32,000 nucleotides of DNA from an uncultured Eubacteriales bacterium (GCA_900317375.1 ONGJ01000025.1:1-32000); one strand, 5' to 3'; shown: positions 10,105-17,227, counted from the stretch's first letter. Translations and numbers: made by a program. The notes: generated from the sequence alone by a model not told the origin.

Positions 10105-10133
10105 ATTATACCAGATATATTAGCGTGATTCAA
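10105..10133 (-). promoter_or_regulatory. near-consensus promoter of the LRR gene
   Basis: Minus strand reads TTGAAT, 17 nt spacer, TGG-TATAAT (extended -10). Confidence 0.55.
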
Positions 10134-10153
10134 GACCAGATAACACACACTGG

Positions 10154-10717
10154 TTAAAGCAATTCTGCGTGCCCTTCTATCGCTTTTTCTATTCTCTGTG
10201 GTTCAATTCCAATGTAACGCTGTGTAATGGCTGCGCTGCTGTGCTGTAAGAGTCTCTGAACAAGGGCAATGTCATAACCTTTTTTTTGGTAAATCTCTGT
10301 GGCATACCACTTCCTGAATGAATGTGTGCTGATTCCAGAATAGCCAAGGTATTCACAGACATGGGCTAGCTGTTTCTGAATGGCTCTTGTAGTAACAGGG
10401 AACAACAGCGCGTCACGCGCAATGCCGTTCCGCAGACAGTAATTTTCCATATATTGATAGATAACAAGGGGAACAGTGAAAACACGCTGTTTTCCTGTTT
10501 TCTGCTCAGTGATGGAAAGGCGATAGCGCCCACCATCGCTGACAATATCGCAGAGGCGCAGTCTGACAATATCGCTGATTCTGATCCCAAGGTTTCCTTC
10601 CAGCACAAGGGCTGTTGCTATGCGCTCATTGGGACGAAAGCCAATGCCCCCTTCCTTCATTGTCGTGATAATCTCCCTGTATTGTTCAGTGGTCAGGGCT
10701 GTCGTTTTCTTGTTCAT
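10154..10717 (-). CDS. small tyrosine recombinase (catalytic domain only, about 187 aa)
   Basis: ...ISTHSFRKWYATEIY...LLQHSSAAITQRYIG catalytic motifs. GGAGGA lies 6 nt before ATG 10717 (the ORF track starts at 10753). TAA stop. Confidence 0.8.
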   Translation of the reverse strand: MNKKTTALTTEQYREIITTMKEGGIGFRPNERIATALVLEGNLGIRISDIVRLRLCDIVSDGGRYRLSITEQKTGKQRVFTVPLVIYQYMENYCLRNGIARDALLFPVTTRAIQKQLAHVCEYLGYSGISTHSFRKWYATEIYQKKGYDIALVQRLLQHSSAAITQRYIGIEPQRIEKAIEGHAELL

Positions 10718-10844
10718 AGCATCCTCCAAAAGAAAAGAAAGTTCGTTTTTCAAGAAGGGAAAAGTTCATAAAATGCGTTCGTTTTGAAATATTCCCCTTT
10801 CCTATTGCCTTCTGGTGTTCGTATTTGCAGTCTTTTACGAACAT

Positions 10845-11495
10845 CTACGCTGCAATCACTAGTTGTTCGTTGCAATCCAGGCAGGCGATGTTCACAGCCT
10901 TTGTAGCGCGAACGCTCATACCGCAGCAAGGGCAGATGTATTTCCTTGTGCTGGAAGGTTTACGGCCTGCTGTCCCTGTAAAGGTCCCTGCGTGCGTTCC
11001 ACTGACACCAACGGCAATGCTCATCAAATCGTTTCTGTTCAGCCTGATTTCTGTCAGATTGTTCTCTACGCAGAATTCCAAGAGAGAATCAGAAGGAGAA
11101 GTAATGGACCAGCCATAGGAGCTGTGATGCTCTACGACCAAATCACAGGCTTCGGCAGCTGCCTTGAAGTTTTTATTGTGGTAGGTGTTCCCCCTGCTGC
11201 AATCCTTCACGCCGTTCTTATCGTTCCAGTAATGAACCATTTCGTGAAGAAGGGTAGCTACCACGCATTCAATAGGTCTGGACAGCGTGCCTGCGCCGAT
11301 GTTGATTTCCCGCATTCCCTGCTCGCCGTCAACGCTCCAAGCATCAAACAGGGTGTAATGGCCGTAAGCTTTGGGCGTGCTCTGAATCGTGATGACAGGC
11401 CTTGAAAGTGTATTTTCAAAGTATCTGGCATTCAGCAGGTCAAAGATGGTGTTCAGATAGGCAGCTGCTCTGTTGTAGGTGGTAAGCTGTTTCAT
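10845..11495 (-). CDS. SprT-like zinc-metalloprotease domain protein with C-terminal Cys4 zinc ribbon
   Basis: HEMVH motif in an SprT-like context (TLLHEMVHYWN). C-terminal CPCCG...CLDC. It ends in a TAG that behaves as a genuine stop. Confidence 0.7.
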   Translation of the reverse strand: MKQLTTYNRAAAYLNTIFDLLNARYFENTLSRPVITIQSTPKAYGHYTLFDAWSVDGEQGMREINIGAGTLSRPIECVVATLLHEMVHYWNDKNGVKDCSRGNTYHNKNFKAAAEACDLVVEHHSSYGWSITSPSDSLLEFCVENNLTEIRLNRNDLMSIAVGVSGTHAGTFTGTAGRKPSSTRKYICPCCGMSVRATKAVNIACLDCNEQLVIAA

Positions 11496-11558
11496 TTCCT
11501 TTTCTCCCTTCTTTTGGCTGGGGCAGGTTTTGTGTTCCTGCCCCCCTCTCTGTTCATC

Positions 11559-11834
11559 TCACGCGATGGAGAACCGTTTGGAAGCACTCTGCTTGATGAA
11601 GGACTTGTAAACATCAGGCATTGCCTTCTTGAAGCTCGTGGTGTCAAAACGCTGGGTCAGGACGCTGGTCCAACGGATGATGTACTGTCCACATTCCAGC
11701 TCTTCAGTGTCGCGTTCCAGCATCTCCTGCTTGATGGAATCACGAAGGGCTTCGGCTTCAGCTCTGGCTTCTTCCATCAGCTTTTCCCAGCTGTTCAGCT
11801 CCTCAATCTTGTTCAGCAGTTCGTTGTTAGCCAT
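11559..11834 (-). CDS. hypothetical coiled-coil protein (about 91 aa)
   Basis: MANNELLNKIEELNSWEKLMEEARAEAEALRDSIKQEM... An A/G-rich RBS precedes ATG 11834. TGA stop. Confidence 0.55.
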   Translation of the reverse strand: MANNELLNKIEELNSWEKLMEEARAEAEALRDSIKQEMLERDTEELECGQYIIRWTSVLTQRFDTTSFKKAMPDVYKSFIKQSASKRFSIA

Positions 11835-11975
11835 TGTCTTTCTTTCCTTTCTTCTTTTGGATTTGGGAGTGGCCTCGCCGAGAATGTACATGCTGCATAT
11901 CGTTCGCGTCACTCGTATGTCTGAGGCCGTTGTAAGTTTTTAAGCTCGCTCCCTTTCTTGATTGTGTCTACATTA

Positions 11976-12074
11976 TAGCACTAAAATCTCGTGCTGTCTA
12001 TTCGCAAAAGCACTAAATTTTGGTGTTGTTTAGCACTGGTTTTTAGTGCATTTTGTACACTTGATTTTAGTGCT
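11976..12074. promoter_or_regulatory. operator-like array of the GCACTAAA / TTTAGTGC motif between divergent genes
   Basis: TAGCACTAAAAT (11976-11987), AGCACTAAATT (12009-12019), palindrome TAGCACT-N7-AGTGCA (12031-12050). ATTTTAGTGCT (12064-12074) is the exact inverse of the first copy and overlaps the -35. Confidence 0.45.
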
Positions 12075-12089
12075 TTCTTGTGCTATACT
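12061..12089 (+). promoter_or_regulatory. promoter of the XRE-family gene
   Basis: TTGATT (12061-12066), 17 nt spacer, TATACT (12084-12089). Confidence 0.5.
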
Positions 12090-12118
12090 GTGTATGGTGG
12101 AAAAGGAGGCTCTTTTTT

Positions 12119-12352
12119 ATGGCGATACGTTATAAGATAGACATAATGGCTGCATTGAAAGAAAAGGGGTATCCATCTACAAGAATACGAGATGAAAAGC
12201 TGATAGGGCAGTCATATCTACAACAAATCAGGCATGGCGAACTTGTATCATGGAAAACCATAGACACTATCTGTAAACTGCTGGAATGCCAGCCAGGGGA
12301 CATAATAGAATATATTTCTGATGATGCAGCCCCCCCTCCCCCTGCTGAATAA
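12119..12352 (+). CDS. XRE/Cro-type helix-turn-helix transcriptional regulator (77 aa)
   Basis: MAIRYKIDIMAALKEKGYPSTRIRDEKLIGQSYLQQIRHGELVSWKTIDTICKLLECQPGDIIEY. AAGGAGG lies 10 nt before ATG 12119. Confidence 0.75.
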   Translation: MAIRYKIDIMAALKEKGYPSTRIRDEKLIGQSYLQQIRHGELVSWKTIDTICKLLECQPGDIIEYISDDAAPPPPAE

Positions 12353-12469
12353 GGCTTCTCTGTTGCGCTGCTGGTAGGCTGGGGCACGGTTTTCAGGAAG
12401 ATATAAATCTCATTCCCCTTTTTCCTATATATATGGCCTGACAAATTTCCAAAAGCCAAAACAAATCAG

Positions 12470-12547
12470 AACACGATTGAACATCCCTGAACGTGTCAGC
12501 GTGTGAACTGAACGTCTTTTAACATCTTTCAGCATCTTTTGAACATC
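12470..12547 (+). repeat. GAACAT/GAACGT decamer array, cluster 2; includes the direct repeat 12521-12543
   Basis: CAGAACACG, TTGAACATCC, CTGAACGTG, CTGAACGTCTTTT, then AACATCTTTCAGCATCTTTTGAACATC. Confidence 0.5.
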
Positions 12548-12555
12548 ACGGAAAG

Positions 12556-12597
12556 AAAAAGAAAAAACGGAGAATAACGATAAACGCTATCCTCCGT
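12556..12597 (-). terminator. strand-specific rho-independent terminator ending the minus-strand small-gene operon
   Basis: Minus strand reads ACGGAGGATAGCG-TTTAT-CGTTATTCTCCGT followed by TTTTTTCTTTTTCTTT. The two G-U pairs exist only in the minus-strand RNA. Confidence 0.6.
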
Positions 12598-12602
12598 CAG
12601 GG

Positions 12603-12791
12603 TTACCATTCCCATTCTTCTATCTCATCCCAGTCAATGCTTCTGTCGTTCAAATCAATATAATGCCAGCCTAGCCATTCATCAAAGAAATAATTCATCA
12701 TCTGACTGGTGACTTCCTTCATCACGTTATAAAGGAATTCTTCAATCCAGGACTATTCTCGTTTCTTTTTCTTTTTCTCTTCGTCTGTCAT
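12603..12791 (-). CDS. hypothetical small acidic protein, 62 codons with one in-frame TAG (codon 13)
   Basis: AAGAGG lies 7 nt before ATG 12791. Translation MTDEEKKKKKRE[TAG]SWIEEFLYNVMKEVTSQMMNYFFDEWLGWHYIDLNDRSIDWDEIEEWEW, TAA stop. TAG at 12753-12755. Confidence 0.4.
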
Positions 12792-12802
12792 TGCTTAGCC
12801 TC

Positions 12803-12988
12803 TTACTGGTTATAATGATTGCGCAGATGCCTTTCCAGTATCTCTCTGTCTTTTGGACTCTCTTCAGCCCAAAGAATCTGATAGGGTTTGACATCTTCCT
12901 GAAGATGAACGAAATGGTCATAGTAGAGAACTGGTCCCTCTGTCAGCTAATCCAGAACGCTGCTCTTATGTTTCTATATTGGATTCAT
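12803..12988 (-). CDS. hypothetical small protein, 61 codons with two in-frame TAG
   Basis: The AGGTGA RBS overlaps the upstream TGA stop. Translation MNPI[TAG]KHKSSVLD[TAG]LTEGPVLYYDHFVHLQEDVKPYQILWAEESPKDREILERHLRNHYNQ, TAA stop. TAGs at 12974-12976 and 12947-12949. No alternative start after the TAGs. Confidence 0.35.
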
Positions 12989-12997
12989 ATTCTTTTT

Positions 12998-13357
12998 TCA
13001 CCTACTTCGTCTTTTTTTTATTTTTTCGCAATACGCTCTATAGTTGTCTTGCTAGCTCAAGAAACGCAAATTGCTGGCTTTGTTATTGCTGACATCACCG
13101 TCAATGTGGTCCACTGTGTTCTTGTGCTATGGATCATCGTTATCACAGAACGCCGCAGCCACTAAACGACTGACAAGAAAATGTCTGCTTACTCCGTTAT
13201 GGGACAAACAGACACGGTAATATCCTTTATTATTAGGGAACGCTGTCAGAATCTTTTCTTTCTTGTGTTTCAGGGATTTGATTCTGCCAAGGGAACTAAC
13301 ATAGTATTTTTCATAACCGTCTATCGGTTTCCAGATTTCTTTTTCTATTGGAATCAT
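12998..13357 (-). CDS. NUMOD4 + HNH (HNH_3-type) homing-endonuclease-like protein, frame intact but with two in-frame TAG
   Basis: MIPIEKEIWKPIDGYEKYYVSSLGRIKS...GYYRVCLSHNGVSRHFLVSRLVAAAFCDNDDP[TAG]HKNTVDHIDGDVSNNKASNLRFLS[TAG]QDNYRAYCEKIKKRRSR, TGA stop. The ORF track reports only the first 76 aa. TAGs at 13127-13129 and 13052-13054. Confidence 0.7.
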
Positions 13358-13445
13358 CTCCTTTTCTATTGTTTGAGAAATAGGAAAGAAGAATTAAACA
13401 AGTTTGACAAGAAGCAGAGTACAAAAAAAGAGAGGATTTGTAATT

Positions 13446-13925
13446 ATGAAGGCAAAAGCGATCGCAAAAGAATACGGTTTTGACCCAGACAGATTTCAGT
13501 CTTTTGTTTGGCGTCAATCAGAAATCCCAACAAAAGGATTTAGTGGAGATTCTATTGATGATGCAGATATACCCAAGATGGTAGAACTGTATAAAAAAAC
13601 AGAGGGGGAAGTTCATCGAATTGAAGAAATAAAAGAAAAAGACCTTCAATCGGCTTTGCCAAGAATAAAGTATACAAGTATCATTAACTCCTTTGTCAGT
13701 GTAGAAGGTGTAGGAGCGTATACAAACTATGTTTACTACAGTGTTTTGATCGTCTTTGATGATGGAACAGCTAAAATCGTAGAAGGAAACAGCGACACAA
13801 TTGCTCCTCTGCTGGTTTATTTACGCACTCCTGTAGATGAAATGAAAGAAATAAAACAGATTATCGCGCATTTGTCTTCTGATATTAATACTATCAAAGG
13901 GGTGTTAGATGAGAAGATAAAATAA
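13446..13925 (+). CDS. hypothetical protein (159 aa), the only plus-strand gene in this part of the island
   Basis: AGAGAGGA RBS before ATG 13446 (the ORF track starts at 13404). TAA stop. No family recognised. Confidence 0.55.
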   Translation: MKAKAIAKEYGFDPDRFQSFVWRQSEIPTKGFSGDSIDDADIPKMVELYKKTEGEVHRIEEIKEKDLQSALPRIKYTSIINSFVSVEGVGAYTNYVYYSVLIVFDDGTAKIVEGNSDTIAPLLVYLRTPVDEMKEIKQIIAHLSSDINTIKGVLDEKIK

Positions 13926-14055
13926 TGCTGATGTGAAGTCTTTGGGACCTTTTAAGAGATGATACAATTATAAAGGTTCATTTGTGATAATTCTGGATCT
14001 ATCGATTTCCATGATGAAAACAGATTGGATCGTTCATAATGCCCATATAAGATTT

Positions 14056-14100
14056 GATCCTCAAGGTCTTCTATTTAATGGAAAACCTTGAGGATCTTTT
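14056..14100 (+). terminator. hairpin terminator between convergent genes
   Basis: GATCCTCAAGGT-N17-ACCTTGAGGATC followed by TTTT. Confidence 0.5.
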
Positions 14101-14509
14101 ATTCTGCACTTGCCAGAATTTCTTCCAGCGTTACTGTTAGCGCATGAGAGTTATAATCATACTTGCGCCAGTTAGATTCCTTTGGAATCTGTGTGTTCAG
14201 TGCTGGTAGATACTGCCTGATATAACGCCCTTCAGCTTCTCCTATTTCTTCTACTACATCGGAAAGCTTGGACGAAGTCGCATAGCAAACCACATCAAAC
14301 TGAACAGCGTGCCCCTTCTGTTTTGCTTCTGCCAGGATCTGATACTTGTGACTTTTCGGCTGTCGGAAAGCAAAGTAGTGTTCTGCCAGCCTCCACAGCA
14401 TATCTTTGCTCTTGCCTATGTATACAATTATCCCATCGATTGTAATCTTATATATACCAGCGTGCTGGAAGCGCGCTGCAAACCCTCTGCGCTATAGCAT
14501 CTTGTACAT
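14099..14509 (-). CDS. GIY-YIG nuclease domain protein with an in-frame TAG at codon 6
   Basis: MYKML[TAG]RRGFAARFQHAGIYKITIDGIIVYIGKSKDMLWRLAEH...EAEGRYIRQYLPALNTQ. GIY-N9-YIG, the conserved R, and E...N are all present. The ORF-track ATG (14401) lies after the YIG motif. TAG at 14492-14494. TAA stop. Confidence 0.7.
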
Positions 14510-14522
14510 ATTTTCTACGTAA

Positions 14523-15266
14523 TTAGCCAATTCTCTCTTCCTTTCCAGAAATATAACGTGTCAGTTCATACACTTCCGCAAGGCTGCCATTCAGATTCCA
14601 GGCTGTGAAGTGGAAAGTCTTGCAGGAGTAATAACAGCAATGGTCCCTGTCCCATAGAAAATTAACCACATTTTTCCATGCTTCACTTCTGGCCTCATCA
14701 TAGGAAAGCTTTCTGCTCCCCTTCATAATCTGCCAAGTGATTTCTTCTATTAGCGCTGAACGCTCTTTGAAATAGGTTTGCGCTTCTTCCTCTGTAACGA
14801 GCTGGCGCTTCTTGAATCCTGCTTCGTCAATGTAGGTTTTCCAGTAACTACCTTCGCTGCCCTTGCACATAATGCCCTGATCTATGAGTTTCTTGCACCA
14901 TCTGCTTAAAGTACGGCTTGTATAGAATCTGCCTGAGAACTTCCAATATTCCTCTTCGCGAACCTTCCATGGCATACAGTCAAAACCAGGAACATCATTA
15001 AACGCAGTGACGAAGCAGGCGAACGAGTACATATCAACCTGAATATCAACTTGGAACTGTCGGATCAGGATTTCCTGTAATCTTTCTTCTGGTAGATCAG
15101 GAACATGGGTAATTGCTACACCGTTGCGCATCCAGTCATATCCATAGCCCCACTTCGTCAGAACAGACTCTACATTTCTTTTAAAGTGTTTTACATCAGC
15201 TAAGCTCACGCTTGTGATTTCAGCAATTTCCTTGCGGCTATAGAACCGCATTTCTAACTATTTCAT
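14523..15266 (-). CDS. hypothetical protein with HTH-like segments (possible DNA-binding or replication function); possible in-frame TAG at codon 3
   Basis: 242-aa ORF from ATG 15251 has no RBS. GAAAGG lies 8 nt before ATG 15266, giving MK[TAG]LEMRFYSRKEIAEITSVSLADVKHFKRN... TAG at 15258-15260. TAA stop. Confidence 0.6.
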
Positions 15267-15343
15267 AATAAGAACCTTTCGAGTATCATAATACTTTTTA
15301 CAACTTTGATTTGATTTCTTTACAAGAATAAAGCAACTATAGA

Positions 15344-15421
15344 TTTTGAATATACACTTTCAATCCCCCCAAAGGTTTTCCAGATATACTTTTATAAATG
15401 TGAAATCCTTTGGAGGGGATT
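15344..15421 (-). promoter_or_regulatory. repeated intergenic cassette A: stem-loop (AATCCCCCCAAAGG/CCTTTGGAGGGGATT) plus palindromic promoter-like box TTGAAAGTGTATATTCAAAA
   Basis: The 34-nt stretch 15344-15377 is identical to 15761-15794. On the minus strand the hairpin is followed by TTGAAA, 16 nt spacer, TATAGT. Confidence 0.5.
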
Positions 15422-15426
15422 ATCAG

Positions 15427-15735
15427 TTAACCAATATATCCGTTATTCAGTACTGCTTTTGCATCTGAATAGAACTCCCAATAGGTTAAATCAAAAACCA
15501 ACCAAATGATATAATCATGAATAAGAATTGAAACATCATCATAATCGTTCATATCATATTCAATATTTACAGGATGGGCACACACGTAGTCTTTCATTTG
15601 AAGTAGTTCAGCATTAGTAAACTCATCGCAAAACTCTTCCCACTCCTTTTCGTTTCTATTAAGGATTTTTTGATTCTGGGAGATACTAAGGTCAAGATTT
15701 TCTTCGATTTTCTTTTCATCACAGACAACAATCAT
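15427..15735 (-). CDS. hypothetical acidic protein (102 aa)
   Basis: ORF with GAAAGGAA RBS and TAA stop. No family recognised. Confidence 0.55.
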   Translation of the reverse strand: MIVVCDEKKIEENLDLSISQNQKILNRNEKEWEEFCDEFTNAELLQMKDYVCAHPVNIEYDMNDYDDVSILIHDYIIWLVFDLTYWEFYSDAKAVLNNGYIG

Positions 15736-15760
15736 TTTATAATTCCTTTCAGATTATTAT

Positions 15761-15837
15761 TTTTGAATATACACTTTCAATCCCCCCAAAGGTTGTCCTT
15801 TCTAATCTATAATTGTCAGGAAAACGTTTGGGGGGAT
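15761..15837 (-). promoter_or_regulatory. repeated intergenic cassette B (stem-loop ATCCCCCCAAAGGTT/AACGTTTGGGGGGAT plus TTGAAAGTGTATATTCAAAA box)
   Basis: Same 34-nt core as cassette A. On the minus strand the box is followed by an ATAAT-type -10. Confidence 0.5.
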
Positions 15838-15845
15838 CTATACAA

Positions 15846-16070
15846 TTAGCAAGCTCTTGGATCAAGCCCCAGAGAATGACGAATGAATCTTGCTGGGATT
15901 ACTTTATGCATATTACATTCATCACAGCAACGACCTTCTTTCGTGATTGGAGCTGGATTATTGCCATATCCAATAAATGTAGTACCGCAGATACAGCATT
16001 TCTGCTTACGGTTGGGATAAGGATTAGTGACTGCGAGAATATAAGCTGGATTAATAAATTCATTTTTCAT
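15846..16070 (-). CDS. small Cys-rich zinc-ribbon protein (74 aa)
   Basis: CCICG...CCDEC cysteine pairs. AAGGAG RBS. TAA stop. Confidence 0.6.
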   Translation of the reverse strand: MKNEFINPAYILAVTNPYPNRKQKCCICGTTFIGYGNNPAPITKEGRCCDECNMHKVIPARFIRHSLGLDPRAC

Positions 16071-16110
16071 TTTAATAAACTCCTTATAATTATTATTTTT
16101 TTAATTTTTT

Positions 16111-16164
16111 CTCCAAAGGTTTTCATACTTATTCTATTACAGGAAAGGAAAACGTTTGGGGGGG
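16111..16164 (-). promoter_or_regulatory. repeated intergenic stem-loop C (CTCCAAAGGTTTTC/GAAAACGTTTGGGGGGG)
   Basis: Third copy of the CCAAAGG/CCTTTGG hairpin family, without the TTGAAAGTG box. Confidence 0.45.
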
Positions 16165-16167
16165 TTG

Positions 16168-16446
16168 TTATATAGCGTACAGGATTTCATATAACCTGCG
16201 TACTTCGGCATCCATTCTATCGTGGTATTCTGCTTCATACAGAAGGAACAGAATATAGTGGTAGATAATCTGTTCCCTGTAATCTGGCTGTGAAGGGTTG
16301 TACTTCTCTATGGGATAGTGGTTTTTTATCATCACTTGGCGCATCGCGCAGATTTCCTGATTGGTGATTGCGCATGCAAGACAATGAAAATTCTATTTGT
16401 CCCAAGACAAGATTTTTTGTTTACTTGATATCAGCAGAGAATTCAT
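16168..16446 (-). CDS. hypothetical protein, 92 codons with an in-frame TAG at codon 18
   Basis: Strong RBS AAGGGGGTGA before ATG 16446. Translation MNSLLISSKQKILSWDK[TAG]NFHCLACAITNQEICAMRQVMIKNHYPIEKYNPSQPDYREQIIYHYILFLLYEAEYHDRMDAEVRRLYEILYAI, TAA stop. TAG at 16393-16395. Alternative reading: a 17-aa leader plus an internal start at ATG 16344. Confidence 0.45.
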
Positions 16447-16579
16447 TTCACTGATTCACCCCCTTTCGTAGTTTTGTGTTATGCTGATTGCTTTTCTGTA
16501 GAATGCACGAATGAGAAAACAATCTTTGTTGCTTCCTTATTCGTTTTAGAAATTTGTTTTTCCCCTTTTTTCTATATAT

Positions 16580-16608
16580 ATTATAACAAATTTTTTATAA
16601 AAAGTCAA
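16580..16608 (-). promoter_or_regulatory. consensus promoter heading the TAG-containing gene block
   Basis: Minus strand reads TTGACT, 17 nt spacer, TATAAT, followed by a leader of about 125 nt before ATG 16446. Confidence 0.6.
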
Positions 16609-16649
16609 AAAATCGTCAAACAACGGCGATTTTTCGAACTTTTTAAGGG

Positions 16650-16684
16650 AAAAAGAAAAACTCTGTGGAAAAGGTCCACAGAGT
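16650..16684 (-). terminator. rho-independent terminator after the WYL-led genes
   Basis: Minus strand reads ACTCTGTGGA-CCTTT-TCCACAGAGT followed by TTTTTCTTTTT. Confidence 0.6.
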
Positions 16685-16713
16685 ATTATGCGCTATTCAT
16701 TTGTTCACCTGCT

Positions 16714-17199
16714 TTATGCAGTCTTTTTGTTTGCATTTTCCAGATAATCTGAAAAGCTAATCACATCAGGGAGCTTTTCAGTATCCAGATAGAACAGAGG
16801 CTCTTCTCTGAACTTAGGAAACTGAGCCATAAACCACTGAGCAACAGGCGCATAGGGTGAAAGGCATATTGCTTCGGCCTTTTCACGCAGTTTGTGATAC
16901 TCATCCAGATACTTCTGGCTGTTATCAAGCGCATTCATAAATCTCTCCATGCGCTCATAGGAAAGGTTTTTGGTAGGATAGTAGGAGGTTCTCTTACCAT
17001 CCTGCCCCTTCCCCTTGTAGGAAGTGGGTGAAGTGCGTGTGCGATTCACAATTTCCAGATTGGGAAAATCATGCAGGAACTGACGTACAAGTTTATATTC
17101 AGCAGATCCAGGGTTGTTGGCTGCATCAGCAAAAGCAGCAGTCAGAGTGAGAGTCTGGTGGGCCAGGTCCAGCTTATAGCCCTTCATTTTTGTAGCCAT
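16714..17199 (-). CDS. hypothetical protein (161 aa), weak N-terminal paralog of the upstream gene
   Basis: MATKMKGYKLDLAHQTLTLTAAFADAANN... GGGGG RBS before ATG 17199 (the track starts at 17214). TAA stop. Confidence 0.6.
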   Translation of the reverse strand: MATKMKGYKLDLAHQTLTLTAAFADAANNPGSAEYKLVRQFLHDFPNLEIVNRTRTSPTSYKGKGQDGKRTSYYPTKNLSYERMERFMNALDNSQKYLDEYHKLREKAEAICLSPYAPVAQWFMAQFPKFREEPLFYLDTEKLPDVISFSDYLENANKKTA

Positions 17200-17227
17200 T
17201 TTAAATACCCCCATTTATGTTTTTTGC

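Noticed and set aside
10754-10847. Reading through the TAG stop of the SprT-like gene, to test whether recoding also applies in the nested segment
   Set aside because: The read-through product crosses an intergenic region with promoter and operator-like repeats and then enters the recombinase gene out of frame. Here TAG behaves as a normal stop.
15344-16164. Intergenic imperfect hairpins between small same-strand genes as integron attC sites
   Set aside because: There are no RYYYAAC/GTTRRRY core sites at the hairpin ends. There is no IntI-type integrase with the extra domain. Two of the units carry an obvious promoter-like box instead.
8495-16752. Plus-strand ORFs in the AT-rich island (8495-8842, 12791-13165, 13181-13483, 15813-16175, 16474-16752, 17649-17888)
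   Set aside because: They lie antisense to better-supported minus-strand genes or in promoter regions. They lack an RBS and have low-complexity hydrophobic translations.
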